DNA from: Candidatus Latescibacterota bacterium | GTDB taxonomy: Bacteria > Latescibacterota > UBA2968 > UBA8231 | Reading direction: 5' to 3' | Length of the DNA stretch: 64,000 nucleotides | NCBI GenBank assembly: GCA_963422735.1 | Contig: OY730476.1 | Coordinates: forward strand, 224,001-288,000 | Shown: positions 57,145 to 64,000 of the stretch, in pieces | Position numbering within the stretch: position 1 is the stretch's first letter | How the letters are laid out: each line of letters starts with the position of its first letter | Program-made: the position numbers and the translations under genes | The notes under the pieces: generated by a model | The model's database searches: none | Told to the model about the DNA's origin: nothing | Seen by the model: the letters and a program-made list of their open reading frames with translations, nothing else

Positions 57145-57570
57145 TCAACCGGATGGCCGTAGAGGATTGATGTCGCAACCAAGCGTCCGTTGCCCATTCA
57201 GATAGCCTTCCAAGAGGGTTGTACCGCTCCCGCAGAATGGGTCGAATACTCTAGCGCCCGCACGGAGGGCACAAACATTCATCAACCCTTTGGCAAGTTG
57301 CGGATAGAACTTCCCCTTGTAGGGATGCAGGCCATGCGTGACGTACTGGGGATCTTTGCGAGCCGAAGGTTGTCGTGCGAAGCCGTTTTCGAGGATAGCG
57401 TGCCACGTAGGCTCACTGTCAAATGCCGTCAGTCCGACTCCGTGAGTAAATACGAGTTCTTCGTACTGAGGAAATGCTTCCTCCCAATCGAGCGCGTATT
57501 GGCCTCCTTCTTCTCGGGCAAGGGACGCACTAAGCTCTGTTTCATACAGGTATCTTCCCGCCCTCGACAT
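57145..57570 (-). pseudogene. Amino-DNA methyltransferase fragment
   Basis: THGLHPYKGKFYPQL; VFDPFCGSGTT...GCDINPL, then abrupt end. Confidence 0.75.
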
Positions 57571-57690
57571 CGGCTTTCTCCTTCATATTCTGGGGAACAA
57601 AGTATTTTCCCAGAATATCCGTGTCAATTACGTCCAACAGGATTAGGGATCGAGAATAGGCAGCAATCGGCCCTTGCGGGAGCCGGTTTT

Positions 57691-60600
57691 TTATGCCTTC
57701 CAGACGCGGCCAATCCAAGCTCTTAGATCCATGGCCAAGCTGAGGAAGGTGGGTACTAGGAAGAGGGTGAAGAGCGTGGATAGCAGCAGGCCGCCGATGA
57801 CTACGCTGCCCAAGCCGCGGTAGAGTTCGGACCCAGCGCCGGGAAAGATGACTAACGGCAGCATCCCCAAGGCGCTGGTAATCATGGACATGAAGATCGG
57901 CCGTACGCGACTGAAAACCGCGTCGCGGATGGCTTCTTTGAGCGAGATTTGGGGCGCGTCGCGCAGGATATTGAGCGTCTGGTGGACGATGAGGATGGCG
58001 TTGTTGACCACCACGCCGACGAGGATGACGAAGCCGAGCATGGTGAGGATGTCGAGCGGCTGATAGGTCAGCGTGCGGTTGACGACCTCCAGCCCGAGAA
58101 TGCCGCCAGCCAGCGCCGGAGGTACGCTGAGCATGATGACGAAGGGGTAGAGGAAGCTCTCGAAGAGCGCGGCCATCAGTAGATAGGTAATCACCAGTGC
58201 CAACAGGAAGTTCCACTGGAGGGCTTGGCGGGTGCGCCGCAGGTCGTCGGCCGAGCCGGAAAGCTCGATCTGGTAGGGCGGAGCCAGCTCGCCAGAGTCA
58301 AAGAGGGGTTGGACGATCTGGGCTTGGATAGAATCGAGGGCCGTCTCCAAGGGAATGGTTTCCGGCGGGATGACTTGGATGGTGATGGCCCGGCTGCGCT
58401 CGATGTGGTTGATTTGCTCGGGGCCGGTGGTTACTTCGACGCGAGCCACGGCGCTGAGCGGCACCAATTGGCCGCGCGGGGTGTAGATGGGCAGGGCCGC
58501 AATATCTTGGGTGCGGAACCAATCTTCCTCGCCCCGCAGTACCAAGTCGATTTCCTCGCCCTCGAACTGATAGCCATCAACTAGGGCACCGTCTAGTAGC
58601 GCGTTGACCGCCGAGCCGATGTCCCGGGCCGAAAGCCCACTGTCGGCGGCGCGCACTCGGTCGGGGTGGATGCGGACTTCTGGGTTGCCCAAGTCGAGGC
58701 TGGGGATGGGGCGGGCTTGGGCACCGGGCACGACTTGGCGGACTTGGCCGAAGACCCGGCTCCCCAGCCCGATGAGGCGGCCCAGATCGGGACCGGTGAT
58801 CTCAATGTCAATGGCCCGCCCGCCACTCCCACCGCGCTGAAAGAGGCTCGATTGCTGCACGATGGCGAAGGTGCCCGGCACTCCGCCGAAGACCGGCCCT
58901 TGGATGACTGGGATCAGTTCGCGCACCCGCGCTGGATCGGCCGAGCGCACGCCCATGAAGGCCGAGCGGCCAAAGGCCACGAAGAACATGTTGTCAACTG
59001 GCGGCCCCGGCAGCGCTTGGGCTTGGGGACTATCCGGGGTCGCGGCCGCCTCCCAGTGGGGCCGCAGGGCGTCCTCGATGGTCTGGCCGACTTGGATCAG
59101 CTCGTCGAGGTTGTAGCCGGGCGGCGGCAGGACGATGCCGAAGACTAGGTTGCGGTTGCCGGTGGGCAGGTATTCGGATTTGGGCAGCAGGGTCCAAGCG
59201 ATACCCAGCGAGAGGCCGACCAGCCCGGTGATGACCCCCAAGCGCAACAGCGTGCTGCCGCTGATGCGGAAGACGGTTTGGGCGATAAAGGTCCGCACCC
59301 GGTTGCCCCAAGCGGCCAGCGCACCCCCGCGCTGCTTGTCGCTGCCGAGGATCTTGTTGGCTAGGCTGGGGATGACGGAGATGGCCACGACCAAGCTGAG
59401 CACCACCGAGCAGGAGACCGCGATGGCGATGTCGCGGAAGAGCTGACCGGCCTCGTCCTCGACGAAGACGATGGGCAGGAAGATCGCCACCGTGGTCAAG
59501 GTGCTGGCCAGGAGTGCCCCCCAGACCTCCGAGGCCCCGTCAAGAGCCGCGCGGGCGCGGGTTTTGCCCATCTGCTGATGGCGGAAAATATTTTCGAGCG
59601 CGACGATGGCGTTGTCGATGACCATGCCCACCGCAAAGCTCATCCCGGCTAGGCTAATGACGTTGATGTTGCGGCCCAAAAGCCACATGGCCAAAAAGGT
59701 GCCGACGATTGAGATCGGGATGGCCGTGGCGATGATCGCCACCGAGCTGACGCTGCGCAGAAAGATGAAGAGCACCATCACAGCCAGCGTGCCGCCGACG
59801 ATGATGTTGGAGCGCACCAAGCCGATGGCGCTCTCTATGTAGTCGGTCTCGTCGTACACCTGAGTGAGAAAGAGGCCCTCGCGGGCCAGCGGCCCCTCGT
59901 TGAGTTCCCGGATGGTGTGGCGGATGCCGTCCATGACTTCGAGGACGTTGGCCCCGGTCTCGCGCTGGGCGTTGATTGCAATGGCTGGTCGGCCCTTTTG
60001 CCGCACGGCGGCCTCGGCGCGGACGTAGCCGAGGCGGGTGCGAGCGATCTCGCCGACGGTGACCCGGGTGCCATTGGCCGAGCGGACGACGACCTGCTCG
60101 ATGTCGCTGGGCTGTTGGTACTGGCCGACGGTGCGCACGATGTAGCGGCGCTTGCCCTCGTCAAAGGCCCCGGCGCTAGTATTGGCGTTTTCGCGGGTGA
60201 GGGCTTGGGCTAGGTCTTGCACGGTGAGCTGGCGCGCGGCTATGGCCTGCGGATCGACGATGACCTGTAGCTGGCGGTCGTAGCCGCCATAGACGTTGCT
60301 CCGGGCCACGCCAGGCACGCGCTCGAGGGCGGTTTTGACGACTTCCTCGGCGTAGTCGCGGTAGCGCTCGACATCCTGTTCGTCGCGGCCGGGCAGGGCG
60401 TCGAGGATCAGCCAAGTGATGGCCCCGCTTGGGCCAGTGCCGCCGGCCGAGAGCACGGGCCGCTCAGCGTCGAGCGGATAGCCGAAGACTTGGTCGAGCT
60501 TGTTGGAGACCAACAGCAGCACCGCGTCTGGATCGACGCCGACGTTGAATTCGAGGGTGACGACCCCACGGCTGTCGTTGCTCTCGCTGGTCATCAGCAC

Positions 60601-60831
60601 CAGTCCCTCGACGCTTTTGAGCTGTTCCTCTTGGCGCTGAACGATCTCTTGCTCGACTTCTTCTGGGCTAGCTCCTGGCCACAAGGTAGTGACCGCGATT
60701 ATGGGCCGATCGACGTCCGGGGTGAGCTGAACGGGGATGCGGAAGAGGGATATCAGGCCGAAGAGCGCGACGAAGAGCACGCCGACGACTACGCTGACGG
60801 GCCGCTTGATGGCGGTATCGACTAGGCGCAT
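57691..60831 (-). CDS. RND efflux transporter permease (AcrB/D/F family)
   Basis: GMVIDNAIVALENI, GVVVNNAIL, RVRPIFM; 1046 aa. Confidence 0.95.
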   Translation of the reverse strand: MRLVDTAIKRPVSVVVGVLFVALFGLISLFRIPVQLTPDVDRPIIAVTTLWPGASPEEVEQEIVQRQEEQLKSVEGLVLMTSESNDSRGVVTLEFNVGVDPDAVLLLVSNKLDQVFGYPLDAERPVLSAGGTGPSGAITWLILDALPGRDEQDVERYRDYAEEVVKTALERVPGVARSNVYGGYDRQLQVIVDPQAIAARQLTVQDLAQALTRENANTSAGAFDEGKRRYIVRTVGQYQQPSDIEQVVVRSANGTRVTVGEIARTRLGYVRAEAAVRQKGRPAIAINAQRETGANVLEVMDGIRHTIRELNEGPLAREGLFLTQVYDETDYIESAIGLVRSNIIVGGTLAVMVLFIFLRSVSSVAIIATAIPISIVGTFLAMWLLGRNINVISLAGMSFAVGMVIDNAIVALENIFRHQQMGKTRARAALDGASEVWGALLASTLTTVAIFLPIVFVEDEAGQLFRDIAIAVSCSVVLSLVVAISVIPSLANKILGSDKQRGGALAAWGNRVRTFIAQTVFRISGSTLLRLGVITGLVGLSLGIAWTLLPKSEYLPTGNRNLVFGIVLPPPGYNLDELIQVGQTIEDALRPHWEAAATPDSPQAQALPGPPVDNMFFVAFGRSAFMGVRSADPARVRELIPVIQGPVFGGVPGTFAIVQQSSLFQRGGSGGRAIDIEITGPDLGRLIGLGSRVFGQVRQVVPGAQARPIPSLDLGNPEVRIHPDRVRAADSGLSARDIGSAVNALLDGALVDGYQFEGEEIDLVLRGEEDWFRTQDIAALPIYTPRGQLVPLSAVARVEVTTGPEQINHIERSRAITIQVIPPETIPLETALDSIQAQIVQPLFDSGELAPPYQIELSGSADDLRRTRQALQWNFLLALVITYLLMAALFESFLYPFVIMLSVPPALAGGILGLEVVNRTLTYQPLDILTMLGFVILVGVVVNNAILIVHQTLNILRDAPQISLKEAIRDAVFSRVRPIFMSMITSALGMLPLVIFPGAGSELYRGLGSVVIGGLLLSTLFTLFLVPTFLSLAMDLRAWIGRVWKA

Positions 60832-60846
60832 GACAGACAGCCTATC

Positions 60847-61857
60847 CTATGGATGTCGGCGGATGATGCGCACGGCTTGGCCGTCCATCAGCCGCTCGTT
60901 GCCGCGCACCACGGCGAGATCGCCGGGCGCGAGATCGCCCGTAACGGCTACGTAGCCCTTGTGCGCTAGTCCGGTCTGAACGGGGTAGCTGACGGCTCTG
61001 CCGTCGCGGGCGAGGTACACGACCTGCCCCTGCGGGCCGGAGACTAGGGCGTCCTTGTGCACTAGGAGCGATGCTTGGGCCTGCGCGAGCTGGAAGCGGA
61101 CCTGTGCGGACATATTGCTGCGCATCCGGCCTTCTGGGTTGAGGGCCCTGACGACGACCGGGAAGGTGCGGGAGGAAGCGTAGCCCTCGGCGAGGATGAC
61201 GGCCACGCGGCCGGCGATGGGATCGCCGCCGAGGGCGTCAACAAAGATGTCTGCGCGGTCGCCCAAGGCGAGCTGCGGCACGTGGCGCTCGGGCACCTCG
61301 ACGATCACGCGGACGGTGTCGATGGAGATTACTTGGGCAATCTCGCCACCGCGCCCGACCCATTGGCCGACCTCGGTAAAGGTCTGGATGATGTGCCCAG
61401 AGAAGGGGGCGCGGACGAAGAGGTCTTCTACTTGCGCTTGGAGACCGGCTAGCTTGGCTTGGGCGCGGGCCAGTTCGTAGGCATCATCGCGCAAGTCTTG
61501 CTCGGAGACCGCGTCGGTGGCGCGCAACTGGCGGCTGCGGTCGTGGTTGAACTGGCGCAGCGCAAAGTCGGCCTGTGCTTCGGCTAGGGCGGCTTGGAGC
61601 GGATCGTTGGCTAACTCGAAAAGGGGGTCGCCAGTGCGCACGGCTTGGCCGGCTTCCTTGAAGTGCCTGACTACTCGCCCTTCGATCTCGGCGGCGACGC
61701 GGCTGGAGCGCCGGGGCTGGATGCGTCCGACAAAGGAGAGGTCTACGACGAGTGGTTGTTCAATGACCGCGGCGACGATGACCGGCGTCGGCGGGTGCTC
61801 TTGGCCTAGGAGCGCACTGGGCAGCAAGGTCAGGAGCAGGAGGAAGACGAAGGGCAT
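60847..61857 (-). CDS. RND membrane fusion protein
   Basis: VRAPFSG, GQWV, SRTFPV, GD.AVVRG. Confidence 0.9.
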   Translation of the reverse strand: MPFVFLLLLTLLPSALLGQEHPPTPVIVAAVIEQPLVVDLSFVGRIQPRRSSRVAAEIEGRVVRHFKEAGQAVRTGDPLFELANDPLQAALAEAQADFALRQFNHDRSRQLRATDAVSEQDLRDDAYELARAQAKLAGLQAQVEDLFVRAPFSGHIIQTFTEVGQWVGRGGEIAQVISIDTVRVIVEVPERHVPQLALGDRADIFVDALGGDPIAGRVAVILAEGYASSRTFPVVVRALNPEGRMRSNMSAQVRFQLAQAQASLLVHKDALVSGPQGQVVYLARDGRAVSYPVQTGLAHKGYVAVTGDLAPGDLAVVRGNERLMDGQAVRIIRRHP

Positions 61858-61928
61858 TTGGATTTCCTTGGAGGCGTGAGAAAGCTGCCAAGAAGGTAGG
61901 GGTTGGATTGAACCGGGACAATGGGGCG

Positions 61929-62723
61929 CTATTTGCGCCGCAAAACGGCGGTCTCCTGCACAAACCGCGTGCGGTAGCACTGGCCCTCGGGGGCCCCGTA
62001 CTGGTCGATCAGGCGCTCGATGCGGCGGATTCGCTCGCCGGTAGGAGGATGGCTGGCGAAGAGTTTTTCTAGGTCGGAGCGCCGTCGCGCTTGCAGCTTT
62101 TTTAGTTTTTCAAAAAAGCGCAGCAGGCCGTGTGGATCGTACCCGGCGGCGATCGCGTAGCGGACGCCGAAGGTATCGGCTTCGCGCTCGTCGTTGCGGC
62201 TGAAGCGAGCACCGCTGAGCTGGGAGGCGATCTCGCCGAGTTGGTAGGGATCTTCGCCGAGGGCGAGGCGGGTGAGGAAGTCCATGCCAAAGCGGGAGGC
62301 GAGTTGGTTGGCCGAGTGACGGCCGACGATGTGGCCGATCTCGTGGGCTAGGACTCCGGCTAGTTCAGCCTCGTCTTCGGCGATCAGCAGCAGGCCGCTA
62401 TAGACATAGAGATAGCCGCCGAGGACGGCAAAGGCGTTTATTTGTTTGGGATCGTCGAGGACCTTAACGCGGTAGCGGATGCCGGGGCGGTCTTCTAAAG
62501 CCGGGGGAAGCAGGGCTTCGGTGACGCGCTGGATATAGGACTGGAGGCGGCGGTCGGGATGGAGGCGTTGTTGGGCTTCGATTTGGGCGGCTAGCCGAGT
62601 GCCGAGTTTGATTTCGGTTTCGTCGGAAATCAGGACATAGCCCAGTACGCGGCGACTGGTGGCGCAGCCGGACGAGAGGGCGCTGGTGGCGACGAGCAGG
62701 ACGAGGAGAATGCGTTGGAGCAT
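61929..62723 (-). CDS. M48 metallopeptidase lipoprotein
   Basis: SSGC lipobox; NAFA..GG; HEIGH; E.EAD; SHP. Confidence 0.92.
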   Translation of the reverse strand: MLQRILLVLLVATSALSSGCATSRRVLGYVLISDETEIKLGTRLAAQIEAQQRLHPDRRLQSYIQRVTEALLPPALEDRPGIRYRVKVLDDPKQINAFAVLGGYLYVYSGLLLIAEDEAELAGVLAHEIGHIVGRHSANQLASRFGMDFLTRLALGEDPYQLGEIASQLSGARFSRNDEREADTFGVRYAIAAGYDPHGLLRFFEKLKKLQARRRSDLEKLFASHPPTGERIRRIERLIDQYGAPEGQCYRTRFVQETAVLRRK

Positions 62724-62778
62724 GGCCGTTGGCTTTCTTGCGATGGGTACAGGTTGAACACCAAGCAGCTAGCGCCTG

Positions 62779-63489
62779 TTACTCTTTCTTTTGCGTGCCA
62801 AACTCGATCACTTTTTTTTGCGGCGAGAGGTTGATTTCGTCGAGTACCGTGCCGTCGCGCGTTGTCAGAGCTTGGATGATGACCTCGGCGACGTCGGCTG
62901 GCAGGATGTAGTTGTCGGGGGCTGGGCCGGGGCGAAAGTCCAATTCGTCGAAAAAGGACGACTGGACCATGCCGGGGTTCACCAACGTAACGCGGACGCC
63001 GGCGCGGGCACACTCGGCGCGCAGGGCTTGGGCGAAGCCGCGCAGAGCGAATTTGGCCGCGCAGTACAAGCTGCCTTGGGCCGTGCCAGCGAGCGCGGCT
63101 TCCGATCCCATAAGGACCAAGTGCCCACGCCCGGCCTTTTTGAGGGTGGGGAGGAAAGCGCGGACAACGAAGACGTGACTGGTCAAGTTGAGGTCAATCA
63201 GGGCGCGGATTTGGTCGTAGGAGAATTGCTCTATGGCGCCGAAGCGACCGACGCCGGCATTGAGGACTAGGGCGTCGAGGGCCGGGTAGGCGGCCACGAG
63301 GGTCTGCAGATGCTCGGGGAGTTGGTCGAGGTCGGCTAGGTCGATCGCGTGCGCCTCGAAGCGGCAGTCATCGCAGGGAAATTTGCCAAAGTCGCGGGCA
63401 ATGCCAATGGTGCTATGGCCGTTGGCGAGCAGCATCTCGCAGACGGTGCGGCCAATGCCGGAACTAGCGCCGGTGACTAAGACGCGCAT
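62779..63489 (-). CDS. SDR oxidoreductase
   Basis: TGASSGIG, NAG, YCAAK. Confidence 0.93.
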   Translation of the reverse strand: MRVLVTGASSGIGRTVCEMLLANGHSTIGIARDFGKFPCDDCRFEAHAIDLADLDQLPEHLQTLVAAYPALDALVLNAGVGRFGAIEQFSYDQIRALIDLNLTSHVFVVRAFLPTLKKAGRGHLVLMGSEAALAGTAQGSLYCAAKFALRGFAQALRAECARAGVRVTLVNPGMVQSSFFDELDFRPGPAPDNYILPADVAEVIIQALTTRDGTVLDEINLSPQKKVIEFGTQKKE

Positions 63490-63496
63490 ATCAGAC

Positions 63497-64000
63497 CTAT
63501 AGGGTGGTGGAGGGGCAGGGGAAGAAAAGCTCGGCGGGAATGTACTGGAGCAATTGATCCACGCAAAAGTCGTGTAGTTTTCTGGCCAAGGCGGGCCGGT
63601 AGGAGACCATGCCGTCTTTTTCCTCTAAGCCATAAGCGAGGAGTTTTTCGTCCGGGTAGAGCCTGTGGATGGTCTTGTACATGCCCTGTGGCAAGCGGAA
63701 CTGACCGAGGCTGACCGAGTGCAGGCGGTCGCGGCGAATTTGTGAGAATACGAGGGCGAACAGATCGCAGTAGCGCTCCTCGTAGGCGCGGTCGTAGATC
63801 AGCGGATCAAAGCGCAGCCCAATGGGCCAACCGCACCCTTGCAGGGCGGCGATGGCCTCCAAGCGCCGGGCCACCGGCGGTGCGCCAACCTCGAATTGGT
63901 CGGCAAGCGCCGGCGGAGTCATGCTAAAGGCGACGACGCAGTTGGGTAGCGGCTCGGCGGCGAGTAGGGTTTTGATGCGAACGCTCTTGGTGCGCAGCTC
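63497..64000 (-). CDS. Spore photoproduct lyase-like radical SAM protein, C-terminal part (start outside window)
   Basis: ELRTKS...PLPNCVVAFS.TP...RLEAI...GWPIGLRFDPLI. Confidence 0.75.
   Translation of the reverse strand, partial: ELRTKSVRIKTLLAAEPLPNCVVAFSMTPPALADQFEVGAPPVARRLEAIAALQGCGWPIGLRFDPLIYDRAYEERYCDLFALVFSQIRRDRLHSVSLGQFRLPQGMYKTIHRLYPDEKLLAYGLEEKDGMVSYRPALARKLHDFCVDQLLQYIPAELFFPCPSTTL

Overview
GC-rich bacterial chromosomal window. Gene content (FG-GAP/ASPIC protein, many secreted proteins with FTPNGDG/FlgD-Ig tails, a DUF6785-like membrane protein, a TAVE..WG.LK C-terminal tag) suggests an FCB-group organism such as Candidatus Latescibacterota; this is inference. Positions 1-20.8 kb are a minus-strand cluster with four paralogous secreted proteins, an 898-aa probable outer-membrane protein and passenger genes. 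Its junctions carry telomere-like heptamer arrays, a small MITE family and decayed toxin-antitoxin genes. About 20.99-21.96 kb is a stretch with no credible ORF that folds by eye into many nested helices, pseudoknots and GNRA/UUCG loops, with G-U pairs favouring the + strand. This candidate giant structured ncRNA is the most novel item. It is followed by a PPIase, a sugar ABC transporter, IS5 and rlmD remnants, an NtrC-like regulator, a ClpX-like ATPase, and a moxR-DUF58-gldAFG-DUF4340-batABCDE operon. The right end holds several pseudogene scars, a catalytically altered PolX, an RND pump, an M48 peptidase, an SDR and a partial SplB-like gene. No tRNA, rRNA or CRISPR array was seen. All family assignments come from motif recognition by eye, with no database search.
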